Shown: positions 9,960 to 20,228, counted from the first letter of the stretch. The stretch is 64,000 nucleotides of DNA from an uncultured virus (IMG/VR IMGVR_UViG_3300046792_000272) (IMGVR_UViG_3300046792_000272); one strand, 5' to 3'. The notes: a model not told the origin generated them from the letters alone. Translations and numbers: made by a program.

Positions 9960-10597
9960 GGCAGGTTCAGCGTCTTGCCGGGGGGCAGCTTCCGGTTCGG
10001 ATCGGAGAGATTGTTCTTCTGCCCGATCTCCTTCCAGCGCTTCCAGTCATGCAGGACATCAGCGGCGATCGAGATCAGCGTGTCGCCTTTCCGGGTGATG
10101 TAGGTGAGAGGAATGTGGTTGGCGACGTGCTGCTGGCGCTTCTTCTTGCGGAGCTTCACCTCGTCGGGCTTCACGTACTCGAGCAGGTGGAGCGTCAGGG
10201 CCTGGCGCAGCAGCGTCCCGTCGTCCTCGCGGATCACCGAGCTCGGATCGAGCTCGATCCCACCTTCAGGGAGCACCCAGCTCTTACCCTCGAAGTAGAC
10301 CGGGCCGAAGACCTTGAAGACGGGCGGCACGTTCTCTTCGCCCACCGCATCGCGGCCGAGCTTGAAGATGGAGTTCAGTTCTCGCTCGACCGACCGCTCC
10401 TTCGCATAGCCGTCGAGCAGAAGCGGCACATCCTGCTGAAGCGGCGCCTGCCCAACCCAGTCGGTGATGGAGATGTCGTCGATGCGGTCGACGGTCTGCC
10501 AGCCGCCGAGGCCGCTGACGATCATCGCCGGGCCGTCCCCCATTTCGACACTGATATCGATGTCGGGGTTCTGGGCGATGATCCGTACTTCCCTCAC
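9956..10597 (-). CDS. LysM-domain tail protein
   Basis: C-terminal YITRKGDTLISIA...N.LSDPNRKLPPGKTLNLP. Confidence 0.85.
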   Translation of the reverse strand: MREVRIIAQNPDIDISVEMGDGPAMIVSGLGGWQTVDRIDDISITDWVGQAPLQQDVPLLLDGYAKERSVERELNSIFKLGRDAVGEENVPPVFKVFGPVYFEGKSWVLPEGGIELDPSSVIREDDGTLLRQALTLHLLEYVKPDEVKLRKKKRQQHVANHIPLTYITRKGDTLISIAADVLHDWKRWKEIGQKNNLSDPNRKLPPGKTLNLP

Positions 10598-12297
10598 GCG
10601 AGTGCCGCCGCATTCCCGGCATGTCGGGCAACGCTCAGCGCGACCTCCCTGCCGTCGATGTAAGTGTGTACGTGGATCGGAGGGAGTCCGCGCCAGTCGA
10701 TGCGCCGTTCGATATTGGCCCTCGGCCGGCCCTGATGCTGCTGCCGACGATGCTGTTGATGGCGGGCCTGCCGTTCGCTATCCAGAGTCCAGCCGCCACG
10801 TTTCCCTGCCCGGACCCTTTCGTGCTTCCCGGTCGGGCTGACGACGTTCAGAAGGTTCGGATTTGCAGGGAAGTCGAGCACCTTGTAGCCGAGGCTTTCG
10901 AGATGCGTGGCCTCTTCTTCCCGCGAGGATGCGTCGGCCTTCGGAGTGTTGAACAGGGAGAGGCCGGCGATTTCTTCAGAGTTTTCGACCGCGAAGACGA
11001 TCTCCGCGATGAGGGCGCCCGCAGCTGCCACGCCCATCGCCGATCCGAGGATCTTGCCCTTGGAACCGAAGAGGGTTTTCAGCCCACCCATCTGGGAGCC
11101 AAGCGCCGAGCCCAGGCCTTCGACCCCCGCCTCGGCGGCAAAGTAGGGGGCGACGGTCTCCAGGAACTTCCAGCCGAGAGCGGTGGCGAGCTTCGCACCC
11201 ACCCTTGCGCCGAGCCTCCCGATCAGGCTGAAGCCACCGAGGAACTTGAACAGCCACGCACCGATGACGAGCTTCCCCGCCAGATCGGAGTGCCTGAAGC
11301 CCGTCCAGACCGCCTCGGCCAGTTTCACCCCCAACTGGCCACCCTGTTCGGCCACTTTCGGGAGGGCACTCGCGATCGCCTTGAGCAGGAATTCCTCCAG
11401 GTCTTCAAACTGCTTCTCGATCCGGACGATCTTCTGGGTGGTCGTCAGCTTCGGGTCGTTGAGGGTGGCGATGAACTTCTGAAGCTGGCCCTCCCCAGCG
11501 TCGATCGCCGGCATCAGCGCCTTAGTCATCGCCACCTGCAGCCCGAGCATCGCCACTTTCGACTCGCGCTGTGCATTGACCATTTCCATCAGCGCGTTGT
11601 TGGTCTTGCCATCGAGGGTGACGCCGTACTTATCCGCCCAGTGGAGTTGTTCCTGCAGGCCCTTGTTGCCCTGGGCGAAAAGCGGCAAGACGGTCGAATA
11701 GCCTTTGCCGAGCAGCGACATCGCGGCCGACTGGCGCCGCGGACCCGCCTCGGCCTTGCCGAATTTCTTGCTGACCAGATCCAGCGCGTAGGCGAAGTTG
11801 TGAGCGCCCTTCTCGGTCTGCGCCTGGGTGATCCCGAGCTGATTGAGCGCCGTTCGCGCCGTGCCACCTTTACGGTTGGCTTCGACGAAGGACCGGCCCA
11901 GTTTGGTGAAGCCCATGTTCAGCGCGGTGGAGGCGATCCCCCGGGCATGAGCGACCGCCGCCCACTCTGAGCCGACCTTCACTGATAGTCCAAGATTCCG
12001 GTTCAGGCCGGTGGTGACTTTCGAGAGTTCGGCGGTGTTTTCAACCGCTTTCTCAAGTGCGAATACGCCACCCACACCGATGAAGCCGAGGCCATAGCGA
12101 GCGGCCCTGCCGAGTTGGCCGTAGCCCTTGCTGAGAACGCTCGTCGCCTTGTGGGCTTTCGTCGTCTCGCGAGTCGTGCGGCTCGCAGCCGTCCCGACGC
12201 CTTTGATCCCCTTCTGCGCGACCCCGGTCCCCTCGGCCACTTCGCGGGCGCCGAGGAGCTTCATGCGGATCTCGATCAGCTCGTTTTTCGACGCCAT
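10594..12297 (-). CDS. Tape measure protein (short, 567 aa)
   Basis: Ala/Gly/Lys-rich helical protein after the tail chaperone. Confidence 0.85.
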   Translation of the reverse strand: MASKNELIEIRMKLLGAREVAEGTGVAQKGIKGVGTAASRTTRETTKAHKATSVLSKGYGQLGRAARYGLGFIGVGGVFALEKAVENTAELSKVTTGLNRNLGLSVKVGSEWAAVAHARGIASTALNMGFTKLGRSFVEANRKGGTARTALNQLGITQAQTEKGAHNFAYALDLVSKKFGKAEAGPRRQSAAMSLLGKGYSTVLPLFAQGNKGLQEQLHWADKYGVTLDGKTNNALMEMVNAQRESKVAMLGLQVAMTKALMPAIDAGEGQLQKFIATLNDPKLTTTQKIVRIEKQFEDLEEFLLKAIASALPKVAEQGGQLGVKLAEAVWTGFRHSDLAGKLVIGAWLFKFLGGFSLIGRLGARVGAKLATALGWKFLETVAPYFAAEAGVEGLGSALGSQMGGLKTLFGSKGKILGSAMGVAAAGALIAEIVFAVENSEEIAGLSLFNTPKADASSREEEATHLESLGYKVLDFPANPNLLNVVSPTGKHERVRAGKRGGWTLDSERQARHQQHRRQQHQGRPRANIERRIDWRGLPPIHVHTYIDGREVALSVARHAGNAAALA

Positions 12298-12307
12298 GTG
12301 CCGCCTT

Positions 12308-13038
12308 TCACCTTTCGGAAAAGGATTCGCCGAGCAGTTCGATGATTCGCACCGCGAGGTCTTGGTTGAACTCCAACCGCTTCTCGACCGCCTTCTCGAT
12401 GACGGCCTTGACGATCAGGCGCTCGGAGGGATCGGTGAGCCTCAATACCTCAAGTGGATTGAGGCCATGCAGCCCCGCGAGGGCGACCGTCTCAATCCCC
12501 TCATCACCTGCGAGGCCCTCTAAAAATCCCTGATCTCCCCCTCGGTGCCACCAGCCACCCAGATGTTGATCCGGGCGCTGTGGTCGATGATCGCGAGATC
12601 CTCGGGGAAGCGGTCGCTGATGATCTCCCGGGCGCTCGTGGCGTCGACCTCGAAGAACTCCGCTAGCCGCGAGTCATAGCGCACCGGTTCATTGCCCCAC
12701 TCCTCCTTGTACTGACTGAGCGGGACCAGCTCGCCATCCAATGCCCGAAGGTAGATGCCGACACAGGTCTGGGCAATGTTGTCCATCGCTACGTGCAGCA
12801 CCGCCTCCTCGTCGCCTTCCTCTTCGAGTTCTGCGACTTTCGCATTGCGGGCCTGGATCTCAGGAATTGATGGAACCCGATATTTGGCGACGAGGCTGCC
12901 GTCGTATCCGGGGATCTCCAGCTCGAGCGGCTTTCGGTTACGCCGCACCTTGCGGTGCTTGGCCTTCAGACGCTCGAACTCGCTTTCCGGGGCCGTCGCG
13001 GCCTCGGTCGGCTGGACAGGCTTCGCGCCTGACTCCAT
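12308..13038 (-). CDS. Tail assembly chaperone (12520..13038) with probable -1 frameshifted extension to 12308
   Basis: GGGATTTTTAG at the stop; the -1 frame stays open to TGA 10 nt before the TMP ATG. Confidence 0.75.
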
Positions 13039-13071
13039 GAGGTGCCTCCTGTGTTGAGGGTGTGGGTACTG

Positions 13072-13488
13072 CTAGCCGACCGTGCCGTCGATCGAGACGA
13101 CGATCACGACCTGGGCCGCGCCCGAGTCGGTGGAGTCGCGTTCGGGCGGCGTGACGGTCTTCAGGATGCCGGTCTGGACGATCGGGTTGCCGAAGGCGGT
13201 GTCGTTGGCATCGAGCGGCTGGTCCTTGATCTTCACAGTCGCCTTGCCGGCCCGGTTCATCCACCGCTTGATCTGAGGGAGATCGCGGGCCAGGTCGAAG
13301 GTCCGGGTCAGCGTGACCGGGCCCGGGATCTGTTTCCCGCCGAGGGAGACAGGCGCCCTGCGGGCGCCTGGATAGATCTGGGTGTCGTCGGAGTCGACCT
13401 CGCCGCCCGACCTCATCTCCCAGACATCGGTGTCTTCGCCGTCGATCGTGACGGTGATCGCCGACTGGTCCTTGCGGTTGCCCGCCAT
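13072..13488 (-). CDS. Tail tube protein
   Basis: 138 aa directly after the sheath; VTLTR motif. Confidence 0.8.
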   Translation of the reverse strand: MAGNRKDQSAITVTIDGEDTDVWEMRSGGEVDSDDTQIYPGARRAPVSLGGKQIPGPVTLTRTFDLARDLPQIKRWMNRAGKATVKIKDQPLDANDTAFGNPIVQTGILKTVTPPERDSTDSGAAQVVIVVSIDGTVG

Positions 13489-14910
13489 CTAGATCGCCTC
13501 CTTGACCACTTCGATTTCCACTCGCTCGGCGCTGGCGCTCATCTTCACGGCGATGATCGCCTTCAGCTTGCCTTCGCTGATCGTCTGCTCTGTGTTGACC
13601 TGTTCGCCCGTCTCGACCTGGAAGGCTTCTTCGGGAGTTTCCCCGAACAGTGCTTCCTGGTCGAAGAGGGGCAACAACACCTCAGCGACGAGATCGCCGT
13701 TGAACTTGGCGATCTCATGCGTCGTGATCTGCGCAAACAGATGCCGCTCCGCGACGGCTTCTGCCCGTGAGCAGATCGCCATGTTGAGCCGAGCGTTCGA
13801 GAGCTGGATCCAGGTGTTATCGACCAGCGGGTTGACCAGCGTCACGTTGTCATAGGGACGCGGGACGCCGTTCAGCTGCCGGATCACGTTCACCCCGGCT
13901 TCGGAGAGCACGGTGCGGTTTTCCGCCGACCACGGCACCTGCGAGACGTTGGTGCAGTAGCGAGCCAGGTGTTCGACTCCCGCGAGCGCCTCGTTGGGGT
14001 TGCCGCCGGATCCGTCGTTCCGGGCCGCCAGCCCCGCCATCAGCGCACAGGGCGGCACGGTCCGGGTCGTCCCCGGCGTGATGCCCGGGACGATGACCCA
14101 TGGCGCGAACAGCGCCATGTAGCGAGCGGTGGACTGTTCGCGCAGAGTCGTCGCCTGCGAGGTCAGGGTGCCAACCGTCGCCGTGTCGGTGCCATCGAGG
14201 AACGCGACGCGGTTCTTCGCCTTCGCATGGGCTGCGATCGCTTTCTGCGCCGCTTCGGTCGTTTTCCCGGGAGAGGAGACCTGGCCGGGACCGAGATGCG
14301 CCGAGAATAGCGCCAGCGCCGCTTCGTGCTGGGTCTCGGTGATGTTTTCCCGATCGTCGGTCCCCGAGGCGAGCGTTTTGGTCGCCGCCGCCGGGTTGCC
14401 TTTGCCGAGGTCGATGAGGCGGATGTAGGGGGAGTTGGCGAAGTAGGCGACGGCCTCCGCGTTGGAGGCGAGGCCGGCCTTTTCTTCGACCACGACGCCG
14501 CCGAGTTTCACCTGAGCTTTGAATTTCGAGCTTTCCGTCGTGGTAATCAATTCGAGCCCATTCGCCCAGGAGCCAACCGAGGTCGCGTTGATGGTCAGGG
14601 TGTTTTCCGAGGAGCCATTTTTCGCGATCGCCGTGGCGAGGGCCGCGGCAGGGCCGCCTTCCCGGGCCACGTATAGACGCGAGCCGCCCTCTTCGAAGAA
14701 GGTCTGCGCGGCGTCGTAGAGGGTGATACCGCCCGATCGCTGGCCGAACTGCGACACAAAGGCGGCCATGTTGAGGATCAGGACGGGTTCGTTGATCGGG
14801 CCTTTTTCGGCCTGGCCCGTGACGAACCATGTCCCGGTGTCGGTCGGGGGAGACGATGACGGCGCAACAGACCCCGATGTGACGGAAACTCCTGGTGCTC
14901 CTGAACTCAT
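13489..14910 (-). CDS. Tail sheath protein
   Basis: APGVSV, G.AEKGPINEPVLI, VPPCALMAGL, GVNVIR, SAERVEI motifs. Confidence 0.92.
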   Translation of the reverse strand: MSSGAPGVSVTSGSVAPSSSPPTDTGTWFVTGQAEKGPINEPVLILNMAAFVSQFGQRSGGITLYDAAQTFFEEGGSRLYVAREGGPAAALATAIAKNGSSENTLTINATSVGSWANGLELITTTESSKFKAQVKLGGVVVEEKAGLASNAEAVAYFANSPYIRLIDLGKGNPAAATKTLASGTDDRENITETQHEAALALFSAHLGPGQVSSPGKTTEAAQKAIAAHAKAKNRVAFLDGTDTATVGTLTSQATTLREQSTARYMALFAPWVIVPGITPGTTRTVPPCALMAGLAARNDGSGGNPNEALAGVEHLARYCTNVSQVPWSAENRTVLSEAGVNVIRQLNGVPRPYDNVTLVNPLVDNTWIQLSNARLNMAICSRAEAVAERHLFAQITTHEIAKFNGDLVAEVLLPLFDQEALFGETPEEAFQVETGEQVNTEQTISEGKLKAIIAVKMSASAERVEIEVVKEAI

Positions 14911-15095
14911 TTCGCATCCTCCTTGTTGCGGGGCTGACGCTTCGGAGGCAGCGGCAGGAGCCGTCCCTCATCGATCAACCGTTTGTCGTGGGGGTCGCTC
15001 GTCTTCACGCGTCGGGTCTCCTCGCCCGGGTCGACCATCTGGCCGCAGGCGATCTCCTCTGCGTGATTCGAGACGACCCGGAATCGCTGGGCCAT
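14907..15095 (-). CDS. Small hypothetical virion protein
   Basis: Overlaps the sheath start codon; GGAGG RBS. Confidence 0.6.
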   Translation of the reverse strand: MAQRFRVVSNHAEEIACGQMVDPGEETRRVKTSDPHDKRLIDEGRLLPLPPKRQPRNKEDAK

Positions 15096-15118
15096 CTGTG
15101 CCTCCGTTCGGGAACTGC

Positions 15119-15715
15119 TCAGTTCGTCTTCTCGACTTCGGCCTCGACGTCGGTGACGACCGGCCAGCCTTCGGGCTGGGGATCGAGTTCGGGGTCGATC
15201 GGGCCGGCACCGACCGTCAGCACGTCCTCGCGCTCGATCACGAAACTCGCTTTCGCGCCGGCCAGGGAACGCCGTTTATCGGATTCGACCAGGGTGTAGC
15301 TCTCACCGCTCCAGTCGACGCCTTTCATCCCGGCGCCGAGGGAACGGCGCTGCATGATGCAGCCTCGCGCTGCGGCGATGTAGAGCTGGGAGTTGCGGCG
15401 GGTCTCAGTCTCCGATGCCGCCGAGACCGAGATGCAGATTTCGATTGGCCACTTGGCGTCGAAGGCTCCGCCCCGATTGATCGGCGGATCGCCCGTGCCC
15501 GGATTGACGATCACGATCGCGGGAAGCTGCTGCTCAGGCCAGCGGTCGAACTCCGCGACCGCCCGAATTGACCCAGGTGGGGCCAGTGTTAGGCCCCCGA
15601 GACCTCCACGCTGCCTGACGACCTCTTTGAGGTAGGTGGGCATCCAGGTCGCCAGCAGATCTTCCAGGGCGGCGTCGATCTGATCGCCGCCGAACAGGTC
15701 GCCGAAGATGCTCAT
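15119..15715 (-). CDS. Tail terminator/completion protein
   Basis: ATG at 15715 (MSIFGD) overlapping the previous stop; LPAIVIV motif; position. Confidence 0.65.
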   Translation of the reverse strand: MSIFGDLFGGDQIDAALEDLLATWMPTYLKEVVRQRGGLGGLTLAPPGSIRAVAEFDRWPEQQLPAIVIVNPGTGDPPINRGGAFDAKWPIEICISVSAASETETRRNSQLYIAAARGCIMQRRSLGAGMKGVDWSGESYTLVESDKRRSLAGAKASFVIEREDVLTVGAGPIDPELDPQPEGWPVVTDVEAEVEKTN

Positions 15716-16191
15716 GCGTGGCCGTGGACGATGTAGTCGGAGACGGCGCTGAGGATCTCCTCTTCCTCGCCGCGGGAAATCCCGGCCACCTTGCGGGCCG
15801 GGATGCCGGTGTTGTGGGAGCCGGCATCGGCTTTCGCCCCGCGAGTGAAGACCGAGTACCAGATGCTCGAGCCCGCCCGGGCGCTCGTCTTCGTCGCCCC
15901 TGTGCGTTTCCCCTTGCCGCCCTCCATCGATGCGCCCAGGGCGCCTGTCTTGCCATGCAGCGGCCGCGGATCGATGCCTTCGCGGGACTTCCGATCGAGC
16001 GTGGCCTGCGCCAAAGGCGCCCATGGCGCTCCGATGTGGCCGCCCTCGCTCTCGAAGGTCTCCTTGTTGGACTTGAGGAAGATCTCGCGCACCTTGCGCG
16101 TGGCCGGGCGGGCGTCTTCAGCCCGCTGGATCATCTTTTCCAAGTCGAGCAGCACCTTCTCGTCGCCGATGACCTCAGTGTCGACCCTCAT
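15712..16191 (-). CDS. Virion morphogenesis (P2 gpS/Mu gpG-like) protein
   Basis: FESEG....WAPLAQAT..RK and IPARK motifs. Confidence 0.75.
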   Translation of the reverse strand: MRVDTEVIGDEKVLLDLEKMIQRAEDARPATRKVREIFLKSNKETFESEGGHIGAPWAPLAQATLDRKSREGIDPRPLHGKTGALGASMEGGKGKRTGATKTSARAGSSIWYSVFTRGAKADAGSHNTGIPARKVAGISRGEEEEILSAVSDYIVHGHA

Positions 16192-16913
16192 GGGAGCTGT
16201 TCCGCCGTCGAGAGCAGCCCCGACCCGGCGACATCGGAGCGGGTGCGGATCGAGTACATGCCCTGCTTGGTGGCGCTTGTATCAGGGATCGCCTCGATCA
16301 GCGCTTTGAGGCCCGCCTCGAACAGCTCGCGCAGGTGTTCATAGGCTGACTGATCGGTGTTGGTCTGCTCCGGGAAGTAGGAGAGCTCCACCCCCATCGC
16401 GCCGCGGATTGCAACCAACTCCCGGGCATAGGCCCGGAGGTCGTCGCTGGGTAGTTCATCGGTCCCCAGCCGAGCCGCGATCTCGTTGACCGCCTGGCCG
16501 ATCAGCACCTGAACCTGGCCTTTGGTCGGCCGAGTCGTGTCGGAGAAGGCTCCGCTCTCGGTTCCCATGTCCTGCGTCCGCGCCCGGAGGATCGTCGCGA
16601 CGTCCCCGCTCGAGGCCCGCCAGTCCACACCCGAGCCGTCATCGAAGACGGGGTCGGTCGGCGTCGACTCGTTGTTGTCCGCGTCGAGAAAGGTGAGCCG
16701 GAAATACCCCTCGGCGAGGCTGCTGGAGAAGGTCAGGTCGCGCTTCGCGGGGCTGGTCGGGTCGGAGTCGACCGGCGATAGCGTCTGCACCCCGTCTTCG
16801 ACCCAGGGCCCGTCCTCGGCTTCGGAGTGCTCGATGTGGACCCTGTTCCAGGGTTTGCCATCGGACCGGGCCGGCGGTCGGGCGCCGAGAAGTGTGTGGA
16901 TGATGCTCGTCAT
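16188..16913 (-). CDS. Head-tail adaptor with extra N-terminal domain
   Basis: F.DTTRPT..QV and VELSYFPEQ motifs typical of actinophage adaptors. Confidence 0.7.
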   Translation of the reverse strand: MTSIIHTLLGARPPARSDGKPWNRVHIEHSEAEDGPWVEDGVQTLSPVDSDPTSPAKRDLTFSSSLAEGYFRLTFLDADNNESTPTDPVFDDGSGVDWRASSGDVATILRARTQDMGTESGAFSDTTRPTKGQVQVLIGQAVNEIAARLGTDELPSDDLRAYARELVAIRGAMGVELSYFPEQTNTDQSAYEHLRELFEAGLKALIEAIPDTSATKQGMYSIRTRSDVAGSGLLSTAEQLP

Positions 16914-18853
16914 TCGCTGCTCCTTCCGCCCGCTGGGGCTCCGGATGTGGCGCCGTGTGGTTCCCCGGGCGCCTCCTCGGCCGTATCGCCTGCGCTGGAG
17001 TTCGCGACATGACCCGCCCGGGAGCCCTGAAGTTGGCCGGTCAGACCTCGGCCCGAGAGGACGAGCCCCATGATCGCCGTGTCACTCAGGGTGAGCGCGT
17101 CACCGACGACCCTGTGAGCTGCCCGCTGGAGGCCGTCGGAGAGAGTGATGGCATCGCTGAGGGTGAGTTGCGTGCCCGCCCTGACTATTTCGGAGCTCTC
17201 AGCAAGCGAGAGCGAGTCGGCGAGGATCTTGTTTGCCGCCCTGATGGCCGCGTCGGCGAGGGCTAGGGAGTCAGCGCGGGCCAGAGCAGCACCGCGGCCG
17301 ATCAACTCTGAGACCGCTAGCGTCTCTGCGCGGCTGAGTCCCGCGAGTTTCGAGAGCACGTCCGAGAAGGTGATCGAGTCGGCGGCGACGTGCCCGACCT
17401 GCTTCGCGAGGATCTCCGAAAGCGCAACCGAATCCGCCTTCGAAAGTGTCGGTGAAACCGAGCGGGACTCGGAGAGCGAGATGCTGTCTGCAGCGGTGTG
17501 GCCTAGGCGCTTGGCGACTTGCTCAGAGATTGCGAGGGCATCGGCCTTGAGCAGTGAAGGCGCCCGGGCCAAGGCTTCGGAGAGGGTCAACGAGTCGCCC
17601 TTTGGGAGCGCCGGGCCCTTGACGGCTGACTCCGACAGTGTGATCGAGTCGCTCTTTTCGAGCGTCTTCAGTTCCCCGGTGCCCGGGACGTACTCGACGA
17701 TTAAGCCCATCAAGTCGACGAGGGCCGCGTTGGTCGAGGCAGTCGCCTTGCGTACGCGGACGCCCGGTTTCGTTCCCAGGGTCACCGTCGGCGCGTAGTT
17801 AACAGTGCCGAAGAAGGTCGTCCAGCCGGTCGGCTCGGTGCCTGCTGCGGTTGCTCCTGTGGCGAGCGATCCCTCGGCGGCATCCGGGCCCGGGTTGGAC
17901 TCCGAGCGCACCTTGATTTCCCGCGAGGTCGTGGTCGAGTTGCCGCCGCGGGCTTTCGCCTGCGTCAGGGTCACGGTGTCGCCTTCTTTCAGGCCGCCAC
18001 CGCCGGAGGCGAGCGCGGTTGAGTAGGCCGCGCATTTAGCGACATAGACATCGGTTGTACCGCTCACGATGTCCCGAATTTGCTTTTCGGCTGATTCGGC
18101 GAGGTTGGAGTCGATCACCCCGGTCGGCGGCCGGTTGTCCTCGGCTTTCCAGAGGTTCGTCGATCCGCCCCCGGGGGCCAGCCAGCCAGCCGAGCGTTCG
18201 CCGTCTTCGGCCGGCTTCAGTTCGACGACCTTCGCCCAGCCCGCCCAACTGTTCTGTTTTTCCCCGCTTGAATCGTTGTGAACGCTGTGCGAGAGGTAGA
18301 TGTCGCAGTTCGTCTCTGAGCCGAAGTGGCCCGGCGAGAATGAAGTGATCGCGCTGTTGCCGATTTCAACCGATTTGTCGCCCGATTCGTAGAGCGTCGC
18401 CCCGGTTTCGCCGTTGTAGATTTTGAGGGCGACGGTGCCGTTTCCGGCCGCCCCGACCAACACCTTGACCTCGACCAGGTAGTGTTTTTCGGCTTCGAAG
18501 GTGAAGACGTCGGTGAGGATGTTGGCGGCTTTGAGGCTGTTCCAGAGCCTCAGTTTCCCGGCCGTCGTGAGCGTCGGGGCGATGTTCCCCGAGCCGGTGA
18601 TGACCCGGAAGAATTCCATATTCGCCGACGGGGCGACCGAACTGAAGCGAAATGGGTGCCGGTAGTAGGCGGTGGTCCCCAATGCGACCGCCAGTGTTTT
18701 GGTGACGCGGTTTTCCGCCCCCTTGGCGAATTTCGCGCAGACCGTGCCGTCGAACTGCTTTTCGGTGTCGTAAGCGATGGCCCCCGTGAGCGAACTCCAG
18801 CCGTCCGCCTGGAACTGGCGGCCCTCCATCGTGATCGTGGACTGGCGGGCCAT
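16910..18853 (-). CDS. Large head/neck-associated fibre-like protein: ConA-like N-domain plus about eleven 18-aa repeats
   Basis: Repeated xxDS(I/L)xLSE units; N-domain aligns by eye with the N-terminus of 45248..48409. Confidence 0.7.
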   Translation of the reverse strand: MARQSTITMEGRQFQADGWSSLTGAIAYDTEKQFDGTVCAKFAKGAENRVTKTLAVALGTTAYYRHPFRFSSVAPSANMEFFRVITGSGNIAPTLTTAGKLRLWNSLKAANILTDVFTFEAEKHYLVEVKVLVGAAGNGTVALKIYNGETGATLYESGDKSVEIGNSAITSFSPGHFGSETNCDIYLSHSVHNDSSGEKQNSWAGWAKVVELKPAEDGERSAGWLAPGGGSTNLWKAEDNRPPTGVIDSNLAESAEKQIRDIVSGTTDVYVAKCAAYSTALASGGGGLKEGDTVTLTQAKARGGNSTTTSREIKVRSESNPGPDAAEGSLATGATAAGTEPTGWTTFFGTVNYAPTVTLGTKPGVRVRKATASTNAALVDLMGLIVEYVPGTGELKTLEKSDSITLSESAVKGPALPKGDSLTLSEALARAPSLLKADALAISEQVAKRLGHTAADSISLSESRSVSPTLSKADSVALSEILAKQVGHVAADSITFSDVLSKLAGLSRAETLAVSELIGRGAALARADSLALADAAIRAANKILADSLSLAESSEIVRAGTQLTLSDAITLSDGLQRAAHRVVGDALTLSDTAIMGLVLSGRGLTGQLQGSRAGHVANSSAGDTAEEAPGEPHGATSGAPAGGRSSE

Positions 18854-18865
18854 CGCCCCTGCTCC

Positions 18866-19297
18866 CTAGCCGACCGTGATGGTGTGCGTGACCTTCAGCG
18901 TGTCCAAGGCGCCGATGTTGACTGCAGCGAATTTCGTGTGCGCGTAGAGGGTGCCTTCGGAGGAGGCCGACAGGATCCCCTCCTCGGTGATCGCGCCTTC
19001 AGCTTCGCCTGCGGCGAATTCTTTTTCGAGTTTGAGAACGGCGCCCGAGACCGAGACCGTCGCGGCGAGGCGTTTTTTCTCGGTTTTCAGTTTGGTATCG
19101 CCCGCTGCCGGTTCTTCGGTGCCGGTCCCCACGGCGATGTACAGGGGCCGTTCGCTGCCTTCCTTCAGGAGTTTGGCGATCGCTTCTTTGCCGACGGTGG
19201 GAACGAGGTTGTGGGCCTCTCGCCGCTCCTTGAGCTCGCCATCGGGGCCGCGGACCTCGAGCGAGACATTGTGAGTGAGCTTCATGACCTCTTGCAC
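18866..19297 (-). CDS. Virion structural protein (fibre-associated)
   Basis: YIAVGTG....A.GDT.L..E and GAITE.GI motifs. Confidence 0.7.
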   Translation of the reverse strand: MQEVMKLTHNVSLEVRGPDGELKERREAHNLVPTVGKEAIAKLLKEGSERPLYIAVGTGTEEPAAGDTKLKTEKKRLAATVSVSGAVLKLEKEFAAGEAEGAITEEGILSASSEGTLYAHTKFAAVNIGALDTLKVTHTITVG

Positions 19298-19338
19298 GCA
19301 GATCAGGCTCCTTTCAGAGGAAAGGTCGGGGTGACGGC

Positions 19339-19602
19339 CTAGAGCAGCAGCTCGTCGGGGATCTCGGTGATGTAGATGTCCCTCTGGGGGACCTCAGCGA
19401 TCACGTTCTCTTCGGAGTCCCAGTCATCCGCTGCAGGAACCGCCTGGGCCTCGATCGAGGCGAGGAGGGACGGACGCCAGGCGAGGTCGAGCGCGACCCG
19501 AGCATCGCGGTTTCCCGCGAGCCCCACGAATCGACCCCTTCTCGCCTGGCGCCTCGCCGCGAGCTGCTCGCGGTAGAGGACAGCCCGTTCCTCCTCGGTC
19601 AT
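19339..19602 (-). CDS. Hypothetical protein
   Basis: Fills the gap in the operon. Confidence 0.45.
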   Translation of the reverse strand: MTEEERAVLYREQLAARRQARRGRFVGLAGNRDARVALDLAWRPSLLASIEAQAVPAADDWDSEENVIAEVPQRDIYITEIPDELLL

Positions 19603-19604
19603 GC

Positions 19605-20009
19605 TCAGGTGCGTTCGATCTTGACCTGGACCTCGCAGCCGGGGTCGACCAGGCCTTCCCCGACATGCAGCGATTCGAGGGTCAGCACGTCGCCTTCGGC
19701 GACGACGAGTTTGGCCGCTTCCGCGTTGAGCGTGAGCGCGGTCTCGTCATTGGCTTCGGCGTTGACGCCCGACAGGAACGCCTTTTCGGCGACCACCGTC
19801 GTGCCGGCACCGGCCTGGGTCTTGTTGACCAGCTTGTAGGTGCGCGAATTGGTATTCGCGCCGGTCAGTTTGGTCGGACAGATGACCGTGACCGAGGTCA
19901 CCTTGCCGGCGAAGGGCGCGGGGCCCAGCGGGAAGACACCATCGGCGCCTTTCGCCACCGTGTCGGCGTCGGCGGTCAGCTTCCTGATCAGGGGTGTGGT
20001 GTCGGTCAT
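19605..20009 (-). CDS. Putative capsid decoration protein
   Basis: Beta-rich, two genes after the MCP. Confidence 0.55.
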   Translation of the reverse strand: MTDTTPLIRKLTADADTVAKGADGVFPLGPAPFAGKVTSVTVICPTKLTGANTNSRTYKLVNKTQAGAGTTVVAEKAFLSGVNAEANDETALTLNAEAAKLVVAEGDVLTLESLHVGEGLVDPGCEVQVKIERT

Positions 20010-20191
20010 CAGCCGTTCTCCTTCACAGCCTGGCGCTGCTCCTCAGCGGTCGGCGAGTCGGGACCGGTCTTGATGCTGTACCGGTCGTTGTCGATCGGGT
20101 CGACCTCCTCGCCGATGAAGCCCTTCTCCTCGGCGGCGTCGACCTTCTTCTGGACCTCGGCCTCACCGGCGTCGGTCTTTTTGGCAGTCAT
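20009..20191 (-). CDS. Small acidic head-region protein
   Basis: AGGAG RBS; TGATG overlap with the next gene. Confidence 0.6.
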   Translation of the reverse strand: MTAKKTDAGEAEVQKKVDAAEEKGFIGEEVDPIDNDRYSIKTGPDSPTAEEQRQAVKENG

Positions 20192-20228
20192 CAGAGATGA
20201 CTCCTTTCGGTCTTGAGAGTTGGAAACG

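Noticed and set aside
3092..14910. Tailocin or extracellular contractile injection system
   Set aside because: Contiguous with capsid, portal and terminase genes, so it is a phage tail.
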